Below are positions 50,855 to 61,071 of a stretch of 64,000 nucleotides of DNA, in pieces (the stretch's first letter is position 1; each line of letters opens with the position of its first letter). Source of the DNA: Candidatus Binatia bacterium (lineage in GTDB: Bacteria > Desulfobacterota > Binatia > UBA9968 > CAXXLF01); the NCBI GenBank assembly GCA_963664015.2, contig CAXXLF010000001.1, positions 800,001 through 864,000 on the forward strand, written 5' to 3'. The notes under the pieces are model-generated. The model saw nothing but the letters and a program-made list of their open reading frames with translations. It had not been told where the DNA came from and did no database searches. The position numbers and the translations under genes were made by a program.

Positions 50855-51715
50855 TTAGTTGACTTTTAGCAACCCCGCTGAGATGGCTGCCTTCTCAATC
50901 CCCTCCCACTGAGAATCCTTGGCGGGGATATATCCCTTGGTCCTGTGTAGCTTGAGCAGCTTTTTATGAGCTGGCTTATTATCATCGAGCTTGAGAAAGG
51001 CCTTGGAGATCCTGTTGACTAAATTTTGATCGATCCCACCCCTGATGGTCCAAACGTAATCCACGTAGTCAGGAGTGGTCACAAAAACCTCAACTTTACT
51101 CGTGTCGACCTTCTTGGTCTTAACCAGCTTTTCCCAGACCAAATAGTTAAGGGCACCGGCATCGACTTTTCCCGCTTCCACCCATGCAGCCGTCGCGTCG
51201 TGGGCCCCACTGAAGGCAAACTTCGAAAAGTCCCTTTCCGGTTTGATTCCGGCCTGTTGCAAAAAGTACCGGGGCATCAAATGGCCCGACGTGGAACTGA
51301 CACTGCCAAAGGCAAAGGTCTTATCTTTGAGGTCCTTCAAAGATCGAATGCCGGATCCTTTACGGGCAATGAACTTGCTTTTGAACGTTGCGTCCTCTTT
51401 GCGCATGATGATTCGTTGGGCTCCCTTGGCTCGATACGCGGCCTGAACCGAGGTAAAACCACCATACCAGACCAGATCCAGCCGTTTGGCCGCGAGGCCT
51501 TCCACTGTCGCCGCGTAGTCCACCACGGGAACGAATTTGACGGGAATACCGATTTCTTTCGACAAATATTTGGCGAAAGGCTTATAGATGCGCAGGAGCT
51601 CCTGTGGGTTTTCATCGGGAATGGCGGAGACCCTGAGCTGCTTCAGTTCTTGAGCAGAGAGCGGTGCCGCGACAAGCAGCAGCGAAACAAGAAGCCAACT
51701 GATTCGTTTTTTCAT
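50855..51715 (-). CDS. PhnD-family substrate-binding protein, resembling the putative selenate-binding subfamily
   Basis: SAIPDENP, DYAATVE, WYGGFT, STSGHLMP, SGAHDAT, TPDYVDYVW. Confidence 0.8.
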   Translation of the reverse strand: MKKRISWLLVSLLLVAAPLSAQELKQLRVSAIPDENPQELLRIYKPFAKYLSKEIGIPVKFVPVVDYAATVEGLAAKRLDLVWYGGFTSVQAAYRAKGAQRIIMRKEDATFKSKFIARKGSGIRSLKDLKDKTFAFGSVSSTSGHLMPRYFLQQAGIKPERDFSKFAFSGAHDATAAWVEAGKVDAGALNYLVWEKLVKTKKVDTSKVEVFVTTPDYVDYVWTIRGGIDQNLVNRISKAFLKLDDNKPAHKKLLKLHRTKGYIPAKDSQWEGIEKAAISAGLLKVN

Positions 51716-51747
51716 TCTAACCTCCTGGGATTAATGAACCCACGACT

Positions 51748-51763
51748 TAACGATATATCGTTA
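51748..51763. promoter_or_regulatory. Perfect 16-bp palindrome upstream of the ABC operon (candidate operator)
   Basis: TAACGATATATCGTTA, next to a minus-strand TTGACA at 51769-51774. Confidence 0.55.
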
Positions 51764-51856
51764 CTATATGTCAAATAGATTTTACCTATGGACGATGGAG
51801 CATTGCAGGTTGTTCCTATGAGGCCAAAAATCCAATCCGGCTCTGAGTGGATCCGT

Positions 51857-52771
51857 CTAGGGATGCTGCCTGAGAAAGTGCAGGAAGGCGTGGGACACGG
51901 GAGAAAGGGAGCGGTTCCGGTGATGAACCTGGTAAAAGTCGCGCTCCAGTTTGAGCCCTCGGATGGGCACGACCTTGAGGAGGCCGTCCTGAACCTCCCG
52001 TCGGATGGTCGTCCTGGACAGAATCGAAACCCCCATCCCGGCGATCAATGCCTCCTTAATGGCGGCCGTACTACCAAGCTCCATCGTTACATTGAGCAGT
52101 TTATTCGACGCATACCCTTTCCGTGACAGGAGATTCTGGAATGAACGCAGCGTCCCCGACCCACCCTCACGGGAGATAAACCTGCCCTGGTGTAAATCGT
52201 CCAGAGTGATGGAGCCACGGCGACACCAGCGATGCCCCTTGGCAACGGTAAGAACCATCTGATCCTTCCAGATTCGATGAAAGGTTAGTCTACGGTCCTC
52301 CCCCTTGAATCCTACGAATCCAAGTTCCACGCCGCCATCCAGGATATTTTCTACAATTTGTGCGGAATCGGCGATCCGTAAAACCGGCTTCACTTCAGGG
52401 AACTTTTCAGCAAATTCTCCCAACTTACCAGGCAAAATATACTCACCCGGAGTATTGCTACCGCCGACCAGGAGTTCCCCTCGAACCTTTCCCTGGAATC
52501 CGTCCACAGCGGCCAGGGTCTCCCTTTTTAATGTCAACAGGGCCTTCGCCCGTTCGAAAAGTATCTGTCCCAAAGCGGTCAGGGCTACTCCCCCCCCCGT
52601 CCGGCTCAATATTTTCTCTCCAAGGTTGTCTTCAAGTTCACGGATGTGAGCGCTTATCGTGGGCTGGCTTAAGGAGAGATGCCGTGCAGCAAGTGAAAAG
52701 CTACGTAGTTCCGCCACCCAATAGAAGAATTCGAGCTTTCGGAGGTCTATATTATCTTTGATCTTGGCCAT
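51857..52771 (-). CDS. LysR regulator (CysL-like / selenium metabolism-associated type)
   Basis: SFSLAARHLSLSQPTISAHIRELE, GGSNTPGEYILP, SREGGSGT, LGSTAAIKE. Confidence 0.85.
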   Translation of the reverse strand: MAKIKDNIDLRKLEFFYWVAELRSFSLAARHLSLSQPTISAHIRELEDNLGEKILSRTGGGVALTALGQILFERAKALLTLKRETLAAVDGFQGKVRGELLVGGSNTPGEYILPGKLGEFAEKFPEVKPVLRIADSAQIVENILDGGVELGFVGFKGEDRRLTFHRIWKDQMVLTVAKGHRWCRRGSITLDDLHQGRFISREGGSGTLRSFQNLLSRKGYASNKLLNVTMELGSTAAIKEALIAGMGVSILSRTTIRREVQDGLLKVVPIRGLKLERDFYQVHHRNRSLSPVSHAFLHFLRQHP

Positions 52772-52900
52772 GGATTGATAATCTTATCATACCCCTAAAT
52801 CGTCCGACATGGGCAATTAACGATTACGTATCAAAACGTCCCGCCCCCCGTACCGCTACCGATTGCCTTCCTAATACGAGGTAGATATATTTCATAAACC

Positions 52901-53983
52901 ATGGCTAAGCCGTCCCCTCTCACAACTCTGCACACGAAAAATGGCGCCCTGTTCCGGGAAGACCAAGGGTGGATCCTCCCACTTCATTGGGGCAACGTGC
53001 GGGATGAATATAACGCCATTCGCTCCCATGTGGGAGTGCTGGACCTTTGCAACCGTAGCCTACTCCGTTTCACGGGCAGCGATCGAGTCTCTTTTCTCCA
53101 AGGCATGGTCTCAAACGATGTGGCCAGACTATCCCCCGGTCATGGCATAGCCGCTGCCGTCACAGATATCCAGGGGAAGATCCTTGCCGACATAAAACTC
53201 TTCTGTATCGAAGACGCTTACGTTCTATACTTAATCGATCCCTTGAAGGATAAGATCGTCGGCCATCTGAGCCGTTATCTCATAGCCGACGATGTTGAAA
53301 TCACCGACTTAAGCGCCGAATATGGCATTCTATCGATTCAGGGACCCAAATCAATTGAGCTGCTTAAGACTCTGCTAGGGGTCCGGGAGTTGCCTTCCGA
53401 CGAACTGAGCCACGAACAGGTCCAGCTCGATTCCGTCCAGATTCGTATCATACGGGCGACTCACACCGGCGAACCGGGGTTTGATCTCTGGGTACCGGCC
53501 GCTGACCATGTGGCGGTAGCTCAATCGCTCCAGGAAAAAGGACGATCTTTCACTGCTCGCTGGATTGGCACCGACGCGCAGGAGGTCTTCAGAATCGAAG
53601 AGGGCATCCCCCGATACGGTATCGATATGGACGAGCAAAACATCCTGTTGGAGACCGGGCTGGAGAATGCCGTGAGCTTTGACAAGGGCTGTTACCTTGG
53701 ACAAGAGGTCATTGAGAGAATCCACTCCCGAGGCCACGTCAATAAACGGCTTACCGGAATTATCCTGGAAGGAGGAGAACCCGCCCATCCCGGCGACAAG
53801 CTGGAAGCCAGGGAGAAAGAGGTGGGGACAGTGACCAGTTCCACCCTCTCTCCTCGTCTAAATCAACCGGTAGCCCTGGCCTACATCCATCGGGATTACC
53901 TGACTCCGGGCACCTACCTTACTCTCCGGCATAACAACCAGAAGCTCGCCGCCCAAGTCTCCTCCCTACCCTTTAGGGCTTGA
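52901..53983 (+). CDS. YgfZ/GcvT-family folate-binding protein
   Basis: FLQGMVSND, HTGEPGFDL, KGCYLGQE (YgfZ motif), GTVTS. Confidence 0.88.
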   Translation: MAKPSPLTTLHTKNGALFREDQGWILPLHWGNVRDEYNAIRSHVGVLDLCNRSLLRFTGSDRVSFLQGMVSNDVARLSPGHGIAAAVTDIQGKILADIKLFCIEDAYVLYLIDPLKDKIVGHLSRYLIADDVEITDLSAEYGILSIQGPKSIELLKTLLGVRELPSDELSHEQVQLDSVQIRIIRATHTGEPGFDLWVPAADHVAVAQSLQEKGRSFTARWIGTDAQEVFRIEEGIPRYGIDMDEQNILLETGLENAVSFDKGCYLGQEVIERIHSRGHVNKRLTGIILEGGEPAHPGDKLEAREKEVGTVTSSTLSPRLNQPVALAYIHRDYLTPGTYLTLRHNNQKLAAQVSSLPFRA

Positions 53984-54122
53984 GTTCGACCGATACCATC
54001 GGTTCCTAAAATGAAAATAAACCCAAGTCAGCGCAGCCATGCGGAGGTTAGCATTCCCCGACCACTTTAAAGGGTGGATGATCTACGAATCAATACCCAA
54101 ACCAGTCTAGGAGGAAGCATCG

Positions 54123-55121
54123 ATGCCGAAACGTGTTGCCATCAACGGCTTTGGGCGAATCGGAAGGTTGAGTCTGCGAGCTATGCTGGAAAGGCATAAG
54201 GACCTGTCCGTCGTTGCGATAAACGATATGGCCGATCTGGAGACCAACGCCCATTTGTTCCAGTACGACTCGACGTACGGGAATTTCCCCGGCTCGGTCA
54301 ACGTGGGCGAAGGGATCCTGAAGATCAACGGCAACAGCGTTACGATTTTCAACGAGAAGGACCCTGCCAGGCTCCCGTGGAAGAAGCTTGGCGTGGACAT
54401 CGTGATCGAGTCAACGGGAATGTTTACCGACGCTCATAAGGCGCAGGCTCATCTCGAGGCGGGCGCAAAGAAGGTCCTCATTACCGCGCCGGCCAAGAAC
54501 GAGGACCTCACCGTGGTCCTGGGAGTCAACGACAAGGCCTACGATCCAAAAAAACACCGGATCATCTCCAATGCCTCCTGTACAACCAACTGCCTGGCCC
54601 CGGTGGTCAAGACGTTGCATGATGCCTTTGGGATCGAAAGGGGGCTCATGACCACCACCCATGCCTATACCAACGACCAGCGTATCCTCGATCTGATGCA
54701 TAAAGACTTGAGAAGGGCCCGGGCCGCTGGTATGAACATCGTCCCTACGACAACCGGTGCAGCGGCTGCCATTGGACTGGTTATCCCTGAGATGCGCGGT
54801 AAGCTCGACGGGCTTTCGCTACGCGTCCCGACCTCAACGGTATCGATTGTTGACCTCGTGGTGAACCTCAAACGTTCAACCTCCGCCAAGGAGATCAATA
54901 CCGCGCTTAGAAAGACCGCTGCCGGGAAACTCAAGGGCATCCTGGAATATACCGATAAGCCCCTGGTTTCAAGCGATTTTCGCGGCCACCCGGCCTCGTC
55001 TATTGTCGATGGCCTCTCGACCGTGGTACTAGACGGAAGGATGGCGAAAGTTCTCGCTTGGTATGATAATGAATGGGGCTACAGTTGCAGGGTCGGCGAT
55101 CTGGCGGCCCGAATGCTGTGA
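54123..55121 (+). CDS. gap: Glyceraldehyde-3-phosphate dehydrogenase, type I
   Basis: [37 protein letters not shown]. Confidence 0.97.
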   Translation: MPKRVAINGFGRIGRLSLRAMLERHKDLSVVAINDMADLETNAHLFQYDSTYGNFPGSVNVGEGILKINGNSVTIFNEKDPARLPWKKLGVDIVIESTGMFTDAHKAQAHLEAGAKKVLITAPAKNEDLTVVLGVNDKAYDPKKHRIISNASCTTNCLAPVVKTLHDAFGIERGLMTTTHAYTNDQRILDLMHKDLRRARAAGMNIVPTTTGAAAAIGLVIPEMRGKLDGLSLRVPTSTVSIVDLVVNLKRSTSAKEINTALRKTAAGKLKGILEYTDKPLVSSDFRGHPASSIVDGLSTVVLDGRMAKVLAWYDNEWGYSCRVGDLAARML

Positions 55122-55149
55122 TAAGGATTAACCACTAAGGAGAAGAACC

Positions 55150-55539
55150 ATGCTCGCCAAGGATATCATGACCAAGAAGGTGATTACCGTAAGTCCTCAG
55201 ACCACCGTCAAGGATCTGGCCAAGACCCTCACCAAGCACAAGATAAGCGGCACTCCAGTCACGGACAAGAGCGGCAAGCTCATGGGCGTGGTTTCTCGCA
55301 CCGATATCGTGGACAAGATCGGGAACAAGGTCAAAGAGATCATGAGCCAGGACATTGTCCGCGTCAGCGAAGAAACACCGGTCGAGGAGATTGCCAACCT
55401 CTTTACCACATACAAGATCAACCGTGTGCCGGTGCTGCAGGGGAAAAAGCTTACGGGGATCGTGAGCCGCGCCGACATCGTCCGGGCCATCGCTATGGGC
55501 AAGCATATAGCGCTGCACACACCCATTTACGACCTGTAA
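55150..55539 (+). CDS. CBS-pair domain protein
   Basis: AKDIMT..PV..GVVSRTDI and VKEIMS..PV..GIVSRADI. Confidence 0.88.
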   Translation: MLAKDIMTKKVITVSPQTTVKDLAKTLTKHKISGTPVTDKSGKLMGVVSRTDIVDKIGNKVKEIMSQDIVRVSEETPVEEIANLFTTYKINRVPVLQGKKLTGIVSRADIVRAIAMGKHIALHTPIYDL

Positions 55540-55548
55540 CCGGATCAG

Positions 55549-55578
55549 CCCCCGGTCGCAATCCCTTGCTACCGGGGG
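55549..55578. terminator. Hairpin between convergent genes
   Basis: cccccggtcgcaa-tccc-ttgctaccggggg. Confidence 0.5.
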
Positions 55579-55616
55579 TCGAACCGAACCAACCTAATTT
55601 ACGGCCTCAATTAGCC

Positions 55617-56078
55617 CTAATTTATTTTGTCCAACTCGGCCAGGAGGTCTTTGTTTTCCGGGATGCCTTTCTCATACACCTGCCTGAAGCGCACCACACC
55701 CTGCTTATCGATGACAAAAACTGCCCGCTTGGGGTATCCCTCGGGTTTGAGGCAGTCGTACTTGATACTGACATCACCGTGGGGGAAAAAATCCGACAGC
55801 ATCGGAAAATTGATCCCACCCATTTTCTCGGCGAATGCCTTGTGCGAAAAGACCGAATCTACGCTTACGCTCAGGACCTGAGCGTCTTTAGCCTCGAAGC
55901 TCTTTCGATCAGCCTCGAAGTTAATCAATTCCTGTTGTCAGCCGCCGGTAAAGTCCAGCGGATAGAACGCTAAAACAACATTCTTTTCCCCGGTAAAATC
56001 CGCCAGCCCAACCTTCTGGTCCCTCGCCACGGGAAGTGAAAAATCAGGGGCTTTGTCCCCTACATTCGGTAGGCCCAT
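55617..56078 (-). CDS. Peroxiredoxin (AhpE/BCP-like) selenoprotein; UGA at codon 47
   Basis: [31 protein letters not shown](55938-55940)-[21 protein letters not shown]. The TGA falls on the peroxidatic Cys of PxxxTxxC. Confidence 0.88.
55892..55920 (-). promoter_or_regulatory. Candidate bacterial SECIS hairpin
   Basis: After a 17-nt gap from the UGA: CUUCGAGGCU / GAUCGAAAG loop / AGCUUCGAGG; 10-bp stem, loop begins with G. Confidence 0.6.
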
Positions 56079-56192
56079 AACTCTCTCCTTATCTATAATT
56101 TGAAATTTGAAGTTTCAGGCAGGCATTCCCCGCGGATCATTGCCATGCCGAAAGCATTTATAGCATGCTTACTGCTGACATTAAACCCCGAC

Positions 56193-56735
56193 CTATTTCA
56201 GATTCGGGTAAAGCTTGATGTAATCACTCAGGGCTTCCTGAGTGCTGGGAAAGGCGAGTTCTTCCCATGGAAGATTCGAGAGACTGAAAGTCCGGGCCTC
56301 GACACTCTCGTCCTGGGCCTTGAGTTCCCCTCCAACCACTTCCGCAGCATAAACCACGATCACGTCCCGCTTCCCGGGATAAGAGTACACACCGAGAAGT
56401 GAGCTAAGGCGGATATCGAGATCGGACTCTTCCTTGGTTTCGCGCACCGCCGCCTCCTCGACGCTCTCGCCCCGGTCCACGTAGCCTCCCGGGAAGACCC
56501 ATTTCCCCATGGCCGGCTCGATCCCCCGCCGCAACAGGGCCAACCCGCCGTCCACCGTAAAGATCGCGCCCGCCACCACCTTAGGGTCCAGATAGAAGAT
56601 ATAGGAACACTTCTGACAGACCAGCCGTTCCGGCTCATTGGCCTTAAGCCGGCGCGACTCCAACGACCCGCCACAACTGGGACAGAAACGGTACTCTCCT
56701 TGCCCGTGGTGATGGTGGTGGCTATCCTCTGCCAT
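56193..56735 (-). CDS. NUDIX hydrolase with N-terminal zinc ribbon
   Basis: FCPSCG..CQKC; Nudix box GGYVDRGESVEEAAVRETKEES. Confidence 0.9.
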   Translation of the reverse strand: MAEDSHHHHHGQGEYRFCPSCGGSLESRRLKANEPERLVCQKCSYIFYLDPKVVAGAIFTVDGGLALLRRGIEPAMGKWVFPGGYVDRGESVEEAAVRETKEESDLDIRLSSLLGVYSYPGKRDVIVVYAAEVVGGELKAQDESVEARTFSLSNLPWEELAFPSTQEALSDYIKLYPNLK

Positions 56736-56796
56736 AATATTCCCCTCCACTCCCTTTAGGTTGAATTGGAACCCCAGATTCGTTAAGCGTTAAGAT

Positions 56797-57489
56797 ATGT
56801 TAAGGGCTGTGATCTTCGATTTCAACGGGGTACTCATCGACGACGAACCCATCCACCTTAAAATGATCCAGAAGGTCCTGGGTGACGAGGGTTACTCTCT
56901 AGACACCGACGACTACTACGCTAACTACCTGGGATTCGATGACCGGGACTGTTTCCGAAACTACTATCAAAGACATAAACTCCCTATTAAGAATAGAGCC
57001 CTGGAGGAGTTAGTTACCCGTAAGGGTCGATACTACCGCGAGGGCATCGAGGAGCACATCACTGTCTTTCCAGGGGTCAAGAAACTGGTCTCGGACCTTG
57101 CCAAGCGCCTCCCCCTGGGGATCGCTTCAGGTGCTTTAAGAGTCGAAATCGACTTGATCCTAACGAGAATCGGCTTAAAAGACCACTTCCCAGCTATTGT
57201 TTCGACAGAGGATGTTTCCAAAGGAAAGCCTGACCCCGAGATCTACGTCAAGGCTCTGAGCCTGCTGAATCAAAAGGCCGGTGAATCTGCGATTCAGCCC
57301 TCCGAATGCCTGATTATCGAGGACTCAAAGGAAGGCATCCGAGCCGGCCGGGCGGCAAAAATGCCCTGCCTGGCCGTCGCCAACTCCCTCCCCGCGCGCG
57401 AACTCACGAACGCGAACGCTGTAGTTCAAAGCCTCGAAGAGGTTACCCCCGAATTTTTGGAAAAGCTCTTTCCCACCCCCGGTAAATAA
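56797..57489 (+). CDS. HAD-family phosphatase
   Basis: IFDFNGVLID, IASGA, KGKPDPEIY, IIEDSKEG. Confidence 0.9.
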   Translation: MLRAVIFDFNGVLIDDEPIHLKMIQKVLGDEGYSLDTDDYYANYLGFDDRDCFRNYYQRHKLPIKNRALEELVTRKGRYYREGIEEHITVFPGVKKLVSDLAKRLPLGIASGALRVEIDLILTRIGLKDHFPAIVSTEDVSKGKPDPEIYVKALSLLNQKAGESAIQPSECLIIEDSKEGIRAGRAAKMPCLAVANSLPARELTNANAVVQSLEEVTPEFLEKLFPTPGK

Positions 57490-57862
57490 CGGCTCTTTTT
57501 CCTATCGAGCCATTTCATCAGCCAAAGACATGCTCCGACACCCGAAGCTTCTCGGGCACAAGGCTGTCGGAGCATAATAATCTGTATCCAAGTTTCGAAT
57601 CGAGGCGGTCGGGCTGTCCACAGTCCCGCCGACGGACTGAATACCATTCAATAGGCTCCGCATTCGTAACCCTAAATACACTGACCAGACCTGCAGTGCT
57701 TCCCTAATAGGGCAGCTTTAATTTATTCTTGTTAAGCTATCAAGATCGCCGTAGAATTGATTTTAGGGCGCGATTGGCAGTTCGGTGATACATTGACCAG
57801 CGCCCCCAATACACTTATCAGCATACTCACTGGTTAGTCCCTTAGATGGTCGAAAGGAGAAC

Positions 57863-58350
57863 GTGAAAACATTTATTCATGTATGATTATTGTCCTTTTT
57901 ACACACACCATCTCTTGGTCCCATCAATTCGTAAATGCAGAAGACTTAGAATATTCGTTGAGTTCACATAACATAGTTTATCAAGGTGAAAACACTTTCA
58001 TTTTTTAAGAATATCAAACAATTCGAATGAGGGATCAGAAATCCCAGGCTATTATTATTACTTACAGAGATTTGTGGCCCATAATGACAAGAGTGAAAGC
58101 TCAGTGACGCAAGTAATGTGGGAAATTTCAGAAATAGAAAGATGGAATATGGGACAATACTTATACCACCACAATCATATAAGACCTTAGGATTGCTCCT
58201 GAATAATTTATTTGAGCATAAGAGCACAGGGAAACATCTAATCGTCAATTTTAGAAGATACCTAAAAGATACATCTACGATAACTATTAAGGATCCCTTA
58301 TGGGGTGGCAAGGAAAGAACTAACTAATGATCATTCGATTAACGCTACCT
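57863..58350 (+). pseudogene. AT-rich decayed gene cassette
   Basis: RBS AAAGGAG plus GTG, signal-peptide-like start, several stops and shifts, ends at an attC site. Confidence 0.35.
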
Positions 58351-58416
58351 AACAAAACGCTGCAACCGACCTGTCCCCGCTGTCCGGGTTCAGGCCACTG
58401 AGCTTAGACGTTAGAG
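58347..58416 (+). mobile_element. Integron attC site 1
   Basis: ACCTAAC..GTTAGAG boundaries (RYYYAAC/GTTRRR), 70 bp, imperfect palindrome; the next ATG follows at 58423. Confidence 0.7.
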
Positions 58417-58422
58417 GTACAA

Positions 58423-58662
58423 ATGGACTCACCTGAAAATATTGCTCAAAACTGCGCTTCCATAGAGGAAGCTCTTGCTGTGCTTCATGACGCCGGCGCG
58501 TCTCCAACCCAGGCCATCAAAGCACTGCAGGAGGGGAGAGGGCTTTCCTGAAGTGAATGCAAGGCGGCACTGCATGGCTCACCGGCATGGTCAGCCGAGG
58601 CAAAGGCCGCTGAATTACTGCGCGACGAGATCATCAGGGCATTGAAAGAGAAAGATCTCTAA
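58423..58662 (+). pseudogene. Cassette ORF (79 aa) with in-frame TGA at 58549
   Basis: MDSPENIAQNC..AIKALQEGRGLS*SECKAALHGSPAW..KEKDL*; the stop lies within the TAAC of attC site 2. Confidence 0.55.
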
Positions 58663-58719
58663 CGAGCCGATCCAGGCGGATAGCTCTTCGAACCGCCGCT
58701 GATCGGCAAGACGTTAGCG
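58657..58719 (+). mobile_element. Integron attC site 2
   Basis: CTCTAAC-gagccgatccaggcgg..ccgccgctgatcggc-aagac-GTTAGCG, 63-bp palindrome. Confidence 0.75.
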
Positions 58720-58734
58720 AGTTGAATAACGCGA

Positions 58735-59355
58735 ATGCAAGCACTTTGGCTCGCGATTTATTTCACAGTGCTCATGTGGTCTGTGATCGAACCGCACGAT
58801 TTCTTCACGTGGTTCCTGGAGGTATCATCGGCTATGATAGGGCTGATGGTTCTGGCTGCAACACAGGAAGCATTTCCCCTTACCCGCCTGACCTACAGTC
58901 TCGTATTAATTTACTGCATTATTCTCATGATCGGTGGACACTCTATCTATGCGGAGGTGCCATTTTTCGACACCCTCGGCGGGTTTTTCGAATGGGAGAG
59001 AAATAACTACGACAAGGTTGGCCATTTTGCCCAGGGCTTCGTCCCCGCAATTATTTCCCGAGAGATCCTGATCCGGAATTCGGTCGTGAGGAACCGTCCC
59101 TGGCTCAATGTGATGGTTGTCTCTCTATGCCTCGCGATCAGTGCCCTCTACGAGTTACTCGAGTGGGGGATTGCCAGATTGAGCGGTCAAGCAGCCGAGG
59201 CGTTCCTGGGCACGCAAGGATATGTTTGGGACACCCAGTCGGACATGGCGATGGCGCTTATGGGGGCGATCCTGGCATTGATTACGCTCAGCAAGACGAA
59301 TGACCGCCAGATCAATGGTTTAAAATTTAACGACTCCATAAAACCGGATGGATAA
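58735..59355 (+). CDS. DUF2238 (YjdF-like) inner membrane protein
   Basis: TWFLE, GGHSIYAEVP, RNNYDKVGHFAQG, YELLEW, FLGTQGYVWDTQSDM. Confidence 0.85.
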   Translation: MQALWLAIYFTVLMWSVIEPHDFFTWFLEVSSAMIGLMVLAATQEAFPLTRLTYSLVLIYCIILMIGGHSIYAEVPFFDTLGGFFEWERNNYDKVGHFAQGFVPAIISREILIRNSVVRNRPWLNVMVVSLCLAISALYELLEWGIARLSGQAAEAFLGTQGYVWDTQSDMAMALMGAILALITLSKTNDRQINGLKFNDSIKPDG

Positions 59356-59497
59356 TTGCACAACGTTTCAATTGCACGCGGTTATCCCTCACGTGATGGC
59401 AAATCCTCGAAAAAGATTAAGCTTTACTTACTACCCTTGATGACGTAACAACAAAAAGCTAGCATTCGAGCGACAACGGCGTTTCGCTCTTATTACC

Positions 59498-59806
59498 ATG
59501 GCCAATCAATTGACCGTTCTCGAAGTATTCAATAACGCATTTGAAGCGGAACTGGCTCGCGAGCGGCTTAAAGCCGCTGGGATCGAAGCCTTCGTAGTCA
59601 AGGACGACGCGGGCGGGACAAGACCCGAATTGCAGTTTGCCAGAGGTGTAAGGCTTCTGGTGGCCGAGGAAGATATGGAATTGGCCGGAGAGTTGCTCCA
59701 CTCGGCCGGCTCCGATCCGGATAAGAACTGGACCTGTTCCGGGTGCAGCGAATCCATCGAGAGCCAGTTTTCCGAGTGCTGGCAGTGTGGGACGGTCAGA
59801 AAATAA
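59498..59806 (+). CDS. DUF2007-like protein with C-terminal zinc finger
   Basis: EAELARERLKAAGIEA..GVRLLV; WTCSGC..FSECWQCG. Confidence 0.75.
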   Translation: MANQLTVLEVFNNAFEAELARERLKAAGIEAFVVKDDAGGTRPELQFARGVRLLVAEEDMELAGELLHSAGSDPDKNWTCSGCSESIESQFSECWQCGTVRK

Positions 59807-59839
59807 CAAAGCCAATGGAAGAGTCCACCAAAGAACGAT

Positions 59840-60528
59840 TTGAGTTTCAAAGTATCGAGGGTTTTGGACGTCAAAGATCATATCTGCCCCTTATGCAGAG
59901 GAGCTAATACCGGCCAGTTCTTTCAGGACCAGAGTCGCGACTATCTTCTTTGTCCGACGTGTTCCCTAATTTTTGTACCCTCTGAACAAGTTTTATCCGC
60001 GGTAGAGGAAAAAGCCCGATACGATTGACACTAAAACAGCCCTGATGATCAGAGGTATCGACAGTTTTTGAATCGGATTTTCATTCCCATGCAAGAGAGA
60101 TTGGCGACGGGAAGTCATGGCCTGGATTTCGGCTCCGGTCCCGGCCCAACACTTTCAGTGATGTTTGAAGAGATTGGCCATTCCATGGCGATCTATGACT
60201 GTTTTTAGGCAAAGGCCTCAACCGCACTGCTGGAGCAATACGATTTCATAACCGCCACGGAAGTATTGGAGCATCTATATGATCCCGGAAAGGAATTGGA
60301 TAGGCTGTGGTCCATCCTTAAACCGGGGGCAATCTAGGAGTCATGACTCGGCTAGTACCGAATCGGGAGGCTTTTGCCCATTGGAATTACAAGAACGATG
60401 ATACCCATGTCTGCTTTTACTCACCGTCGACCTTCCAATGGCTGGCCGGCCAATGGCGAGCAGAGGTTACCTTCCCCGCCAATGATTTGATTCTCTTTTA
60501 TAAAATGAGTCGCGCGTCCAAAATATAA
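59840..60528 (+). pseudogene. Zinc-ribbon class I SAM methyltransferase with three stops and a frameshift
   Basis: CPLC..CPTC..EKARYD*H*NSPDD..GLDFGSGPGP..F*A..TEVLEH..KPG (G-run shift) ..YKNDDTHVCFYS. Confidence 0.8.
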
Positions 60529-60601
60529 AAAGACCAGAGTTACCCTGAGCCCTCTTCGCTTATACCCGTTTCATGATATAAAATTATAGAAGCTTGGTAC
60601 C

Positions 60602-61045
60602 ATGTATAGACTCGCAGTCATTCTTCATCTTATTGGCGCTACGGTGTGGGTCGGCGGCCACATTGTGTTATGTGTGCGCATTCTTCCGCATGCGCTACGC
60701 CGAAAAGACCCCACCCCCTTACGCGACTTCGAGCAACTCTTCGAACCCGTGGGAATGACCGCCCTTGTGCTTCAGATCGTGACTGGCCTGTGGCTCACCT
60801 ATCTCTACATGCCGGAATTTTCCGCCTAGTTCTGGCTCGATTCGGCCTTTTCCAGAGGAGTCGTGCTGAAATTCGTCCTTCTGACCGCCACCCTAGTCCT
60901 CGCCCTACACGCCAGGCTTCAAGTTCACCCCAAACTTGGACCAGACAATCTGGGGTCTCTGGCCATTCACGTCGTTGCTGTCACGCTACTATCCCTATTA
61001 CTGTTGATCGTTGGGGTGGCCATCAGGACCGGGGGGTGGCTCTAA
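60602..61045 (+). pseudogene. CopD-like membrane protein with in-frame TAG at 60827
   Basis: LHLIGATVWVGGH..FE..QIVTGLWL..SA*FWL..KFVLL..LALHAR. Confidence 0.7.
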
Positions 61046-61071
61046 TCGGGCCTCCGAAATGGGGTTCTGGG

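Noticed and set aside
48156-51715. Phosphonate or phosphite utilisation operon
   Set aside because: No phnGHIJ, phnX or ptxD nearby; only the transporter fold is supported.
57664-57736. Additional attC site ending in GTTAAGC
   Set aside because: No convincing RYYYAAC partner or palindrome, and the next gene starts about 130 bp away.
59350-59390. attC after the DUF2238 gene
   Set aside because: GCACAAC..GTTATCC spans under 35 bp, too short for a functional attC; at most a collapsed relic.
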